A stretch of 56,431 nt of DNA. Origin: a virus. Within the stretch, counting starts at the first letter, position 1, and every line of letters begins with the position of its first letter. The notes under the pieces were generated by a model that made no database searches, had not been told where the DNA came from, and worked only from the letters and a program-made list of their open reading frames with translations. Shown piece by piece: positions 1 to 8,258 of this stretch. The position numbers and the translations under genes were made by a program. Location of the stretch: positions 1-56,431 of the IMG/VR virus record IMGVR_UViG_3300045988_170861. One strand, 5' to 3'.

Positions 1-99
1 AAAGTCCTTTTTTTGTACGTTCAAATTTTAATAATTTATAAAACATTTATATCCCTCCTTTAACTAAAGATTTTACAGCAATTTGTTGTAAAAAAAAAT
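1..99. repeat. 99-bp terminal identity with 56333..56431 (circular contig overlap); contains truncated N-terminus of cI-like gene on minus strand (1..46)
   Basis: Direct comparison: first 99 nt equal last 99 nt; rc of 1..46 encodes MFYKLLKFERTKKGL identical to start of ORF 56001..56378. Confidence 0.9.
74..90. promoter_or_regulatory. imperfect 17-bp palindrome TACAGCAATTTGTTGTA, candidate third operator near cI start
   Basis: 14/17 palindromic positions; lies ~30 bp upstream of cI-like gene start (junction coordinate). Confidence 0.35.
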
Positions 100-127
100 A
101 TTTTACTACAAAATTTATGCTTTTACA

Positions 128-156
128 TTGACAACTACATATTGTAGTGATATTAT
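128..156 (+). promoter_or_regulatory. sigma70-like promoter for cro-like gene: TTGACA-17-TATTAT, operator O1 ACTACATATTGTAGT (134..148) inside spacer
   Basis: Consensus -35/-10 hexamers with 17-bp spacer; perfect 15-bp palindrome between them. Confidence 0.6.
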
Positions 157-170
157 GAAAATATAATCAA

Positions 171-185
171 ACTACATTATGTAGT
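171..185. promoter_or_regulatory. operator O2 ACTACATTATGTAGT (perfect 15-bp palindrome)
   Basis: Second copy of ACTACA-N3-TGTAGT palindrome between -10 and RBS of cro-like gene. Confidence 0.6.
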
Positions 186-207
186 TATATAGTGAGGTGA
201 TTAATAT

Positions 208-414
208 ATGAAAAAGAACCTTCTAAAATTACTACGTGGGGAAAGAACTCAAAATGAAATGGCTAATATGTATGGAGTTAGTCAACAAACATGGTATTCT
301 TGGGAAATTGGTCGTACCGTACCAAATAATGAAACAATGTTAAAAATGGAGCAAGACTTTTCCATTCCTATGGAAGTCATTTTTTTTAACTCATTTAACT
401 ACAAAAACAAGTAA
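208..414 (+). CDS. Cro-like XRE-family HTH regulator (68 aa)
   Basis: HTH motif NEMANMYGVSQQTWYSWEIG; divergent from cI-like gene; RBS AGTGAGGTGA. Confidence 0.75.
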   Translation: MKKNLLKLLRGERTQNEMANMYGVSQQTWYSWEIGRTVPNNETMLKMEQDFSIPMEVIFFNSFNYKNK

Positions 415-435
415 AAAAGAATAAATAAACTTATA

Positions 436-552
436 CTTGCCGTGCAGTATAAGTCCGACAACAAAAATACTCCTCAATAACGTTGCATTAGAATTTCCGT
501 CCATAAATTTAAATTTCTCAAACTGCTGTTGTCGGACGTATAGTGCACGGCA
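436..552. repeat. long imperfect inverted repeat (about 26-bp arms CTTGCCGTGCAGTATAAGTCCGACAAC / GTTGTCGGACGTATAGTGCACGGCAG, ~52-bp spacer)
   Basis: Arms are reverse complements with 2 mismatches and 1 indel; sits between convergent genes 208..414(+) and 571..807(-). Confidence 0.6.
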
Positions 553-570
553 GAAAAAGTGAAAAAATAG

Positions 571-807
571 TCATTCTAAGATATTGCTTTCTTTTTCAAT
601 ACCTTCAAGAAATTGAGAAAGCGTAAGCCCAAAAACATTAGATATTTTAGCTAATGTAGAAATCTTAGGATTTTTACTTTCTCCTTGAACAATACTATTT
701 AAAGTAGATTGGGTAATACAAGCATTAAGAGCTAATTTATTAATAGAAATGTTCTTTTCTTGGCATAAAGCCTTTATTTTCGAAGCAACCCATTCATTAG
801 ATGTCAT
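571..807 (-). CDS. XRE-family HTH transcriptional regulator (78 aa)
   Basis: HTH motif LCQEKNISINKLALNACITQSTLNSIVQG. Confidence 0.7.
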   Translation of the reverse strand: MTSNEWVASKIKALCQEKNISINKLALNACITQSTLNSIVQGESKNPKISTLAKISNVFGLTLSQFLEGIEKESNILE

Positions 808-824
808 AATTATTTATTCCTTTC

Positions 825-931
825 AACGTATTTACGTTATAAGAATAACATTATTTTTTATAATCAATTAACGTAAAATCGTTGACTATTAAACGAAAAA
901 TCGTTACAATATTATTAACGATAAAACGTTA
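825..931. promoter_or_regulatory. operator cluster: four 14-bp AACG-N6-CGTT sites (825..838, 872..885, 892..905, 918..931) with promoter TTGACT(882..887)-17-TACAAT(905..910)
   Basis: Two perfect palindromes AACGTATTTACGTT and AACGAAAAATCGTT plus two half-site-conserved copies, in divergent intergenic region of second HTH pair. Confidence 0.55.
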
Positions 932-937
932 AAAGAG

Positions 938-1135
938 GTGATTAATTTGAAATTTGCAAAACATTTAAAGTTATTAAGAACAACAAATAAAATCAGTCAA
1001 AGAGAATTATCTGAATATATAGGCATACCACAAACAACATTAAGCGATTTAGAAAATGATAAATATGAACCATCATTATCTGTAGCTAAAAAAATTGCTA
1101 AATATTTTGGTAAAAAAATTGATGAATTAACTTAA
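938..1135 (+). CDS. XRE-family HTH regulator (65 aa, GTG start)
   Basis: HTH motif SQRELSEYIGIPQTTLSDLEN; RBS AAGAGGTG. Confidence 0.7.
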   Translation: MINLKFAKHLKLLRTTNKISQRELSEYIGIPQTTLSDLENDKYEPSLSVAKKIAKYFGKKIDELT

Positions 1136-1167
1136 TATGTTACAGGACAGCAGAAAGGAATATATGT

Positions 1168-1488
1168 ATGAACAACGTAATAAGCCTCATCGACCCACGA
1201 GAAGTATTGGAAAAAGCAAAAAAAGATATAGAGTTATTAACTCTTGTTTTGGAAAATACACTTGATGAAAACGCTCGTTTAAAAGAAATTATCACTGATA
1301 ATAAAAAAACTGAATTAATAACCGCTAAAGAAGCTAAAGAAATTTATGGATTATCTGAATACCAAATTAGAGAGCTTGGAAAACAAGGCATCATTGGTGA
1401 AGTTCCTTTTGGGGGCAGTAAAAAATTCATAGTCGATGACATCGAAGCATATATAAATAGCTTTAGGAAAACAGCAAAAGCTATTTAA
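1168..1488 (+). CDS. excisionase-type (HTH_17/MerR-like) DNA-binding protein
   Basis: C-terminal motif ITAKEAKEIYGLSEYQIRELGKQGII...KKFIVDDIEAYI typical of Xis-like HTH. Confidence 0.5.
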   Translation: MNNVISLIDPREVLEKAKKDIELLTLVLENTLDENARLKEIITDNKKTELITAKEAKEIYGLSEYQIRELGKQGIIGEVPFGGSKKFIVDDIEAYINSFRKTAKAI

Positions 1489-1518
1489 TATATTTTAACC
1501 TTGAAAGGTGGTGAGAAT

Positions 1519-1800
1519 ATGAATAAAAAAGAAAGTGTTTTGGACAATGAACTTTATACAGAAGTGATAATAAAAAAAATTGTTACTCCATATAAACGTA
1601 TTCGCGATAGATTAGGCATACCACCATCTATCGTTGCAGAAAAGTTGAATATAAGCTTGCCAAGTCTATATTCATACGAGAATAAAAATAGGCCCATACC
1701 AAAAGATGTGGTACGAGCCATGGATAAATTATACGGTTGTCAGGGAAGATTAATAGACTATTGGATAAATAATGACCCTTCTTCAACCTACACTATTTAA
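1519..1800 (+). CDS. HTH DNA-binding protein (ORF track start 1501; ATG 1519 has RBS AAGGTGGTGAG)
   Basis: HTH SIVAEKLNISLPSLYSYEN. Confidence 0.55.
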   Translation: MNKKESVLDNELYTEVIIKKIVTPYKRIRDRLGIPPSIVAEKLNISLPSLYSYENKNRPIPKDVVRAMDKLYGCQGRLIDYWINNDPSSTYTI

Positions 1801-1863
1801 CTATTAAATATTATACGGTAGACCGAAATAACATTCAATCATTTTAACACTTAACAATCAATT

Positions 1864-1887
1864 AAACCCCTCAAATCCGAGGGGTTT
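1864..1887 (+). terminator. stem-loop AAACCCCTC-N6-GAGGGGTTT
   Basis: 9-bp perfect GC-rich stem between regulatory HTH cluster and LysM gene; weak T-run. Confidence 0.5.
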
Positions 1888-1908
1888 AAACGAAAGGAGA
1901 AAAACCAA

Positions 1909-2223
1909 ATGAAAAAATTATATAAATACCGCAGATTAGCAGGTATTTTCTTATTAGCGGGTGCAGTAGCAATAGGAACGCATACACAAGCCAAAGACAT
2001 AAACAATCAACAAGATGAAATTTATTATGTTGTTCAACCTGGTGATACTCTTTGGAGTATAGCAAGTAAGCACTGCACCGATGAAGAAAATATACTGGAA
2101 TTCATTCACAGCATTAAAACTAAAAATAATATTATTTCAGCAAATTTAAACGTTGGGCAGAAAATAAAAATTGGCTCACGTCCCCACGAAAGCCAATTCT
2201 TAAACCAAAATAACGAAGACTAA
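1909..2223 (+). CDS. secreted LysM-domain protein
   Basis: N-terminal signal peptide, LysM motif YYVVQPGDTLWSIASKH...NLNVGQKIKIG. Confidence 0.7.
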   Translation: MKKLYKYRRLAGIFLLAGAVAIGTHTQAKDINNQQDEIYYVVQPGDTLWSIASKHCTDEENILEFIHSIKTKNNIISANLNVGQKIKIGSRPHESQFLNQNNED

Positions 2224-2265
2224 AATATATAACTTTTAACATCGTTATTATTTTAGCATAAAAAG

Positions 2266-2517
2266 GTGAAAACGACAATGAAAAACTTATATTATTTTAC
2301 TTTTGGTTGTGGCCAAGAGAACGAAGGCTTTGTTCAACCGATTTTAGCTAATAGTTGGGGAGAAGCTAGAGCCAAAATGGTTGAAATAAATGGCAATCAT
2401 TGGGCATTTCAATATACAGAAGCCCAATGGAATAAATGGAAAAAAGAAGTTATGGAAAAAAATATTCCAATCTCTATAGAAAAAGAATTACCAACAATAA
2501 CAACAGAAGGTGATTAA
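2266..2517 (+). CDS. hypothetical protein
   Basis: ORF with RBS AAAAGGTGAAA. Confidence 0.5.
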   Translation: MKTTMKNLYYFTFGCGQENEGFVQPILANSWGEARAKMVEINGNHWAFQYTEAQWNKWKKEVMEKNIPISIEKELPTITTEGD

Positions 2518-2692
2518 GATGTTCGATTATGACGAATTTGAAAATAAATGCTGCGAAGAATGTACTCATTCTTACATTTGTAGTGTTGGTGAATTAGCTT
2601 GTGATTATAACGACGAAACCGTCGTTAGTAATTATCAGGAAACTGAAAACTATATGTGTTGCGGTAGTTTTGGTTTTAGAAGGGAGATATAA
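2510..2692 (+). CDS. small Cys-rich hypothetical protein
   Basis: 8 Cys in 60 aa; overlapping start/stop coupling. Confidence 0.4.
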   Translation: MIKMFDYDEFENKCCEECTHSYICSVGELACDYNDETVVSNYQETENYMCCGSFGFRREI

Positions 2693-2694
2693 AT

Positions 2695-3642
2695 ATGCTC
2701 TACAAAAAAATTATGACGATCGAGCAAATGCAGGACGAAAAAGCATGGCTCGAAATGAGAATGAAAGGCATCGGCGGAAGTGAAGCTTCCGCTGTATGCG
2801 GGCTAAATAGATATAAAAGTCCTCATGCTCTTTGGCTTCAGAAAACAAATCAAGTAGAACATGAAGATTTATCAGACAACCAGTATATTTACTGGGGGCA
2901 TAAACTTGAACCAGTCATTGCTGATTGGTTTACTGAAACGACTGGTAAGAAAGTACAACGTGCTGGACTTATGCAGTCTATAGCGAACCCATTCATGCTG
3001 GCAAGTGTAGATAGACTTGTCGTAGGTGAAAATGCTGGCCTTGAAATAAAAACAGCGTCTGGTTACAAGTCTAAGGAATGGCAACTTGACGAAGTACCAG
3101 ACGAATATTATATCCAGTGCCAACATTACATGGCTGTTACTGGCTGTGATAAATGGTATATAGCTGTTTTAATCGGTGGTAATAACTGTATATGGAAAGA
3201 AATACCACGCAATGACGATGATATAAAAGAACTTATCGCCATTGAAAAAGATTTTTGGTACATGGTTATGAACAACATAGAGCCACCAATAGACGGCTCG
3301 CAGGCTTCTACAGAGGCATTAAATAAAAAGTTCATAGGTGGGCAAAAAGAACCTGTTGAGCTTCCCTCTACAGCAGAGGACAAAGCAAAAAAACTCCTTG
3401 AGCTTCAGGAGCAAGAAGGAAATATCAAGATTGATATTTCCTTACTTCAGAACGAAATCAAGGAAGAGATGGGCGACAATGAAGAAGCCTATCGAGGTAA
3501 CTATCAATTTTCTTGGAACACTGTTAAAGGCAGAACAAGCATTGATAGTAAAAAATTGAAACAAGAAAAACCAGATATATATATGGCATACCTTAAAACA
3601 GGTTCACCATCACGCCGTTTTTCTTGTAAATATGTTGATTAA
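2695..3642 (+). CDS. yqaJ: YqaJ-like viral recombinase-domain exonuclease (PD-(D/E)XK)
   Basis: N-terminal motif GIGGSEASAVCGLNRYKSPHALW characteristic of YqaJ/lambda-exo family; followed by RecT. Confidence 0.8.
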   Translation: MLYKKIMTIEQMQDEKAWLEMRMKGIGGSEASAVCGLNRYKSPHALWLQKTNQVEHEDLSDNQYIYWGHKLEPVIADWFTETTGKKVQRAGLMQSIANPFMLASVDRLVVGENAGLEIKTASGYKSKEWQLDEVPDEYYIQCQHYMAVTGCDKWYIAVLIGGNNCIWKEIPRNDDDIKELIAIEKDFWYMVMNNIEPPIDGSQASTEALNKKFIGGQKEPVELPSTAEDKAKKLLELQEQEGNIKIDISLLQNEIKEEMGDNEEAYRGNYQFSWNTVKGRTSIDSKKLKQEKPDIYMAYLKTGSPSRRFSCKYVD

Positions 3643-3659
3643 TAAGTGAGGATAAACAA

Positions 3660-3965
3660 ATGAAAGAAACATTTACTAAAGATGAAATGATAAACAGTTT
3701 AAAAAATGATTTACAAGCTCAAAATACATCAAATGATATATCTAATTTTATATTATTTGTTAGCGATGAAAAAGACAACATGTTAAAAATCGCTGGTGAA
3801 TGTGAAGATAATCAGATGATTGTTTTCTTAGCTAGTGGTATTAATGCTTTAGCTAAAACTTCTGGGCGATTAGTACCTGAAGTAGCACTTAATGTAATGT
3901 CTGCTGCTATATCACTTAGTTGTGAAGAAGAAAAAAATAACAAAAAAGAACAGGAAGGTGCTTAA
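3660..3965 (+). CDS. hypothetical protein
   Basis: ORF between yqaJ and recT. Confidence 0.45.
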   Translation: MKETFTKDEMINSLKNDLQAQNTSNDISNFILFVSDEKDNMLKIAGECEDNQMIVFLASGINALAKTSGRLVPEVALNVMSAAISLSCEEEKNNKKEQEGA

Positions 3966-3967
3966 TT

Positions 3968-4894
3968 ATGGCAACAACAAAAGGCGGATTACTCGCCAAA
4001 AACAAAACAGCAGTACAACAACAAGGAATGAATATTTCAGCTATGTTGAATAGCTACCTCGAAAGAGATGGCTTCAAACGTCGCTTCGATGAGCTTTTAG
4101 GAGCTAGAGCTCCTCAATTCGTATCAAGTATGGTTACTTTAATAAATGCTGATGATAAGCTAAAACAATGTTTTAACGACGCACCATTAACAATCATACA
4201 AGCTTGTTTAAAGGCAGCGACCTATGATTTACCAATCGATCCTAATCTTGGATATGCTTACATTGTACCATTTAATAATACAGTAAATGGTACAAAACGT
4301 ATGGAAGCGACTTTTATTATGGGCTATAAAGGTATGCATCAACTTGCATGCAGAAGCGGTGTATATCAAAAGATTAACGTCATGGACATTAGAGAAGGCG
4401 AACTCGTATCGTTTAACAGACTCACAGAGGATATCGAGTTTGATTGGATTCAGGACGAAGAAGAACGCAATTCAAGAAAAATTATCGGCTATGTTGGATA
4501 CTACAGATTAGTAAACGGTATGGAAAAAACCATTTTTATGAGTAAGCAAGAAGTAATCAATCACGAATTAAAATTCCGCAAAGGCCAGTACATGGGTAAA
4601 GGCTGGCGACAAGACTTTGATGCTATGGCACTTAAAACAGTTTACCGTAAATTGATTGGTAAATGGGGCGTTATGAGCATTGATTACAAAACAAAGCCAA
4701 CGCCTGGTATGGTTGCTCTGGCTGAAGCTGTAGCTACAGGCGATTTTGACGATGAAGAAAAATTAATTGCCGAAGCACCTAACAATGTAGATATGGAAAC
4801 AGGAGAAATCTTGTCTAACATGTCTAACAAAAACGAAGAAAAAGTAAACGTTGATGAACAACCAACACTAGCAGAAGCGGTTGATGATAAATGA
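3968..4894 (+). CDS. recT: RecT-family single-strand annealing protein
   Basis: Position after YqaJ exonuclease; RecT-like core; acidic C-terminal tail. Confidence 0.7.
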   Translation: MATTKGGLLAKNKTAVQQQGMNISAMLNSYLERDGFKRRFDELLGARAPQFVSSMVTLINADDKLKQCFNDAPLTIIQACLKAATYDLPIDPNLGYAYIVPFNNTVNGTKRMEATFIMGYKGMHQLACRSGVYQKINVMDIREGELVSFNRLTEDIEFDWIQDEEERNSRKIIGYVGYYRLVNGMEKTIFMSKQEVINHELKFRKGQYMGKGWRQDFDAMALKTVYRKLIGKWGVMSIDYKTKPTPGMVALAEAVATGDFDDEEKLIAEAPNNVDMETGEILSNMSNKNEEKVNVDEQPTLAEAVDDK

Positions 4895-5166
4895 AAACAT
4901 ATCTACAGTTAGCTATCTTGCTAACATGCAGAAAACAAAATATGACTTCTGTCATTGGTGCAGGGACCGTGGAAGATATCCACGGTTCTTTACCCAGTGA
5001 TTTTGAAGAATATAAAAGAGAAACCATAAGAAGGGCATTAAAAACTCTTTTAAGTAGGGGATATATAAATACTGGTTTAAAGATAGGTCATAAAAATAGT
5101 TATTACCTATCTAATAAGGGCTACAAAGAAACAGAAAAGGCAGGAGAAAAGAATGTTCAAGGATAG
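4891..5166 (+). CDS. winged-helix DNA-binding protein, candidate TubR-like partner of TubZ
   Basis: 91 aa, wHTH-like segment RETIRRALKTLLSRGYINTGLKIGHKNSYYL; immediately upstream of, and overlapping, the tubulin-like gene (ATGA coupling with recT). Confidence 0.4.
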   Translation: MKTYLQLAILLTCRKQNMTSVIGAGTVEDIHGSLPSDFEEYKRETIRRALKTLLSRGYINTGLKIGHKNSYYLSNKGYKETEKAGEKNVQG

Positions 5167-6175
5167 TATTTTAAATATTAGTTTTGGTCAAGGTGCTGGA
5201 AACATCGGACAATTGATGGAACAGCAAGGAATATTAAATCTTGCAATAAATACCAGCAAGCAAGACCTAGACACGCTAAACGTTAAACATAAATACTTAA
5301 TTAAAAACGGACAAGGCTGCGGAAAGGACCGCAGCAAATCAAAAAAATTAGTTATAAACGATTTTGAAAACATCTTATCAGTAATCAACAACATTTTAGA
5401 CAGTACCACTATAAAACATATATTCGTTGGTTTCACCATGGGCGGTGGCAGTGGTAGTGGCGGTGGTCCTATGCTTGCCAAATTAATTGCAAACGAATAT
5501 TCAAATATAAACGTTTGCGTATATACAGTAATACCATCTAAAAACGAGCCATTCAAGGCACAGTATAACGCCTGTGAATGCTACAAGGAGCTTACGACTA
5601 TGATAAGAAGTCTAGGCGGTGTATTTTTCTTAGATAATAACAAACACGAAAACAAATTCGTTATAAATAGATATTTTGTTGATGACCTTGTAGCATTTTT
5701 AAAAATACCTGATGAAGATAAATCTTTAAAGGGAAACATCGATGTTGAAGAAATGAATACAATATTGTCATGTAGTGGAATGATAAATATAGATGTAACA
5801 GATGAAAATAATAATAAAACAAAAGAAAATATTCTTACTGATATAGAACATAACGGTTTTGTAGAGTATATAGCGTTATCCAACGCTAAACAGAATCTAT
5901 TAAAAGATGTTCAGGCTTCTGTTGGTTATCCAATAGATGCATTCTACACATTCAACAATAGAAAAATAAATATAATCACACTTGCTGGACTTACTTTTCC
6001 AGTTACAGTAATGGAGGAAATGTTCAATACTGTAAATGAACGCTCAACCATGGTAAATAGAGAACAACATATAGATGATTTAAAACTAAACAATATATTC
6101 TCATCGTCTGGTAACAAAAAAGAAAGCAAAGAAAATAAACGCTCAAGAAAAGATATTTTCGCGGAATTTATTTAA
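5153..6175 (+). CDS. tubZ: tubulin/FtsZ-superfamily GTPase (TubZ/PhuZ-like)
   Basis: T1 loop GQGAGNIG and tubulin signature GGGSGSGGG (cf. GGGTGSG) in N-terminal domain. Confidence 0.8.
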   Translation: MFKDSILNISFGQGAGNIGQLMEQQGILNLAINTSKQDLDTLNVKHKYLIKNGQGCGKDRSKSKKLVINDFENILSVINNILDSTTIKHIFVGFTMGGGSGSGGGPMLAKLIANEYSNINVCVYTVIPSKNEPFKAQYNACECYKELTTMIRSLGGVFFLDNNKHENKFVINRYFVDDLVAFLKIPDEDKSLKGNIDVEEMNTILSCSGMINIDVTDENNNKTKENILTDIEHNGFVEYIALSNAKQNLLKDVQASVGYPIDAFYTFNNRKINIITLAGLTFPVTVMEEMFNTVNERSTMVNREQHIDDLKLNNIFSSSGNKKESKENKRSRKDIFAEFI

Positions 6176-6179
6176 TAGT

Positions 6180-6257
6180 AATGTAGTTTAAATGTAGTGT
6201 TGGTACTAGGTAAATGTAATATTAACGTAATCCTAGTACCAACTAAATGTAATGTAG
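6180..6257. repeat. five AATGTA(A/G) direct repeats plus perfect 12-bp inverted repeat GTTGGTACTAGG(6199..6210)/CCTAGTACCAAC(6232..6243)
   Basis: Seen directly; located between tubZ stop and rep gene start. Confidence 0.7.
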
Positions 6258-6288
6258 ACTGAATATTGAAAAAATAGGAGGTGCAAAC

Positions 6289-7275
6289 ATGAATAGATTA
6301 GAACTTATAGCCAACAATGTATTTGCAAGTAACTTCAATCACACGTTGCATGCATACATAGATATTGCAGGTGGTTTAGTAGAAGGTACATTACTTGGGC
6401 AAATTATGTATTGGTTTAGCCCTGATAAAAACGGCACCATACGTGCCCAAATAAAAAAAGACGGTGAATATTGGATTGCCAAAAAACGTTCCGATTGGTG
6501 GGACGAAATCCGTATAACAGATCGTCAATATGATAGAGCAATTAAAAGCTTGTTAGATAAAAATATTATCGTAATAGCTAAATATAAATTTTGTGGATTG
6601 CCAACACCTCATATTCGTCCTAACTATGAAAAAATAGGTGAGTTGCTTGACGAATATTTATGCAATATAAATTCCAAAATCGATACAAAAAAAAGTGCGC
6701 AAATAAGTGCGCAAAATACTACAGATGTGAAAACGGGAATTACACAAAGTGTAAAACGGGAATTACACAAAACGCAAAACGGGAATTACACAAAACGTAA
6801 TTCCCATATAACAGAGAATACTAACATAGAATACACAGAGAATAATAATAATATATGCGCAACTGAAACTTGCGCACAAGCACCTCAAACCATCGATGAA
6901 ATGTTTGATAAGTTTTGGAAAGCATACCCAAAACGTAAAGACAAGAAAAGAGCTTACAAGGTTTTCATGAAGATAAAGCCAGATGATAAGCTCTTAGAAA
7001 AAATGCTTTCTTGTATTGAGCGAGAAAAACAATCGCTAGATTGGCTAAAGGACAACGGTCAATACATTCCTTATCCTTCCTCGTGGCTAAATGGCGAACG
7101 ATGGAACGATGAGGATATAACGGATACGGTTACAATCATTGACAATAAGCCAAAAGCAGTACCAGTGGTAAAAAATGTTGCATTGGAAAGTCTAAGAAGT
7201 GCAGCAGAAAAAAGCACCAATACTCCAGCATTAGGAGATATTGGCGATATGTGGGGTGATGATGATGACTACTGA
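6289..7275 (+). CDS. replication initiator / phage replisome organizer (DnaD-like C-terminal domain)
   Basis: C-terminal motif FDKFWKAYPKRKDKKRAYKVFMKI typical of phage replisome organizer C-terminus; internal iterons. Confidence 0.65.
   Translation: MNRLELIANNVFASNFNHTLHAYIDIAGGLVEGTLLGQIMYWFSPDKNGTIRAQIKKDGEYWIAKKRSDWWDEIRITDRQYDRAIKSLLDKNIIVIAKYKFCGLPTPHIRPNYEKIGELLDEYLCNINSKIDTKKSAQISAQNTTDVKTGITQSVKRELHKTQNGNYTKRNSHITENTNIEYTENNNNICATETCAQAPQTIDEMFDKFWKAYPKRKDKKRAYKVFMKIKPDDKLLEKMLSCIEREKQSLDWLKDNGQYIPYPSSWLNGERWNDEDITDTVTIIDNKPKAVPVVKNVALESLRSAAEKSTNTPALGDIGDMWGDDDDY
6696..6805. repeat. origin-like iteron array inside rep gene: 2x GTGCGCAAA boxes (6696..6714) and 3x 19-bp AAAACGGGAATTACACAAA at 23-bp spacing (6730, 6753, 6776) plus inverted partial copy GTAATTCCC (6797..6805)
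   Basis: Direct repeats read from sequence; encode linker region of rep protein. Confidence 0.75.
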
Positions 7276-7852
7276 TGAAGCAAGCAAATTAATAGCCATA
7301 TTTACTTGCGTCATGCCAAATACACAGAAATTTGACTTAGAAAATGCTGCCCCAGTATGGTCATTAGTTTTGTCTGACATAACTTATGATGTCGGTAAAA
7401 TGGCAGTTATAAAGATTTTGCGTAAAAAACAAATATCAGTTTTACCTCTTCCAGGAGAGATACGCGAAGAGGCAAAAAACATTATGGCCAGCGTAAAAAA
7501 GAACGCACCACCAGATGTATATACTGCATGGGACGAAGTAAAGAGAAAATTAGGGAGCGTATCTCGAAACGGTATTGACTGGAGCCACCCAATTATCCGT
7601 CGTACCGTTCAGCTTATTGGTGCCTATGAAATAGCCACAGCGACCTATGATATATTTCCTAGGTTTGCTAAGGTTTATGAAAACCTCATAGCTAGAAAAG
7701 AAAATAACTACGAGAACAAAATATGCTATCAAATAGCACAGCAAAATTTAGACCTTTTCAACGGTATTGAAGCACCGATGACATTAACACAAAAAGCCAA
7801 TGAGAGAATGCTCAACGGTAAAGACGCAATTGAATTTGTAAAAGGAGCGTAA
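7241..7852 (+). CDS. hypothetical replication-module protein (possible helicase loader; alternative start 7259)
   Basis: Overlaps end of rep gene; no Walker motif. Confidence 0.4.
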   Translation: MAICGVMMMTTDEASKLIAIFTCVMPNTQKFDLENAAPVWSLVLSDITYDVGKMAVIKILRKKQISVLPLPGEIREEAKNIMASVKKNAPPDVYTAWDEVKRKLGSVSRNGIDWSHPIIRRTVQLIGAYEIATATYDIFPRFAKVYENLIARKENNYENKICYQIAQQNLDLFNGIEAPMTLTQKANERMLNGKDAIEFVKGA

Positions 7853-7857
7853 CAATT

Positions 7858-8256
7858 ATGGGCAAAATAGGAGAACCAGTAAAATGTGCAAATGATGGTT
7901 GCGATACTATATTTATTCGCAAAACATCAACAGAAAAATACTGTTGCGATGAATGCAAAAAAGAAGCCATAAATCGCAAGCGTCGTGAAAAAAGACATGG
8001 ACGAAGCAACTTCACACCAGGAGTAAGCCGTTGCGCTTATTGTGGCAAAGAGTTTTGGCAAAAAACAAAGAACAACATTTACTGCTGCGAAAAATGTTGT
8101 CGAAGAGCTTTGAAAAGAAAAGCCGCACAAGAAAAAGGCAAAGAAATAAAAACTAGAAAGCCTAAACAACAAATCCCAGAAAAACATATAATGCCAAAAG
8201 AATTGTTTGTTAGAAGATTAACAAATGATTTATTTTGGCACACAAATGAGGCATAA
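7858..8256 (+). CDS. basic zinc-ribbon protein with two CxxxGC...YCCxxC repeats
   Basis: Cys spacing CANDGC..YCCDEC and CAYCGK..YCCEKCC; Lys/Arg-rich. Confidence 0.5.
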   Translation: MGKIGEPVKCANDGCDTIFIRKTSTEKYCCDECKKEAINRKRREKRHGRSNFTPGVSRCAYCGKEFWQKTKNNIYCCEKCCRRALKRKAAQEKGKEIKTRKPKQQIPEKHIMPKELFVRRLTNDLFWHTNEA

Positions 8257-8258
8257 CG

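Noticed and set aside
1-99. Terminal 99-bp repeat as a biological direct terminal repeat of a linear genome
   Set aside because: Exact 99-nt identity that bisects the cI gene is more consistent with a circularisation overlap from assembly. The biological DTR reading is kept only as an alternative in the findings.
2601-2783. ORF 2601..2783 (+)
   Set aside because: Alternate frame overlapping both the 2510..2692 gene and the start of yqaJ. Basic low-complexity product with no RBS.
2872-3559. ORFs 2872..3126(-), 3126..3383(-), 3338..3559(+) inside yqaJ
   Set aside because: Antisense or alternate-frame to a confident YqaJ coding region.
4287-4511. ORF 4287..4511 nested in recT
   Set aside because: Embedded in another frame of a well-supported RecT gene.
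5188-6129. Minus-strand ORFs 5188..5556, 5581..5883, 5944..6129 opposite tubZ
   Set aside because: Antisense to the tubulin-like gene whose motifs are unambiguous. Products are hydrophobic low-complexity.
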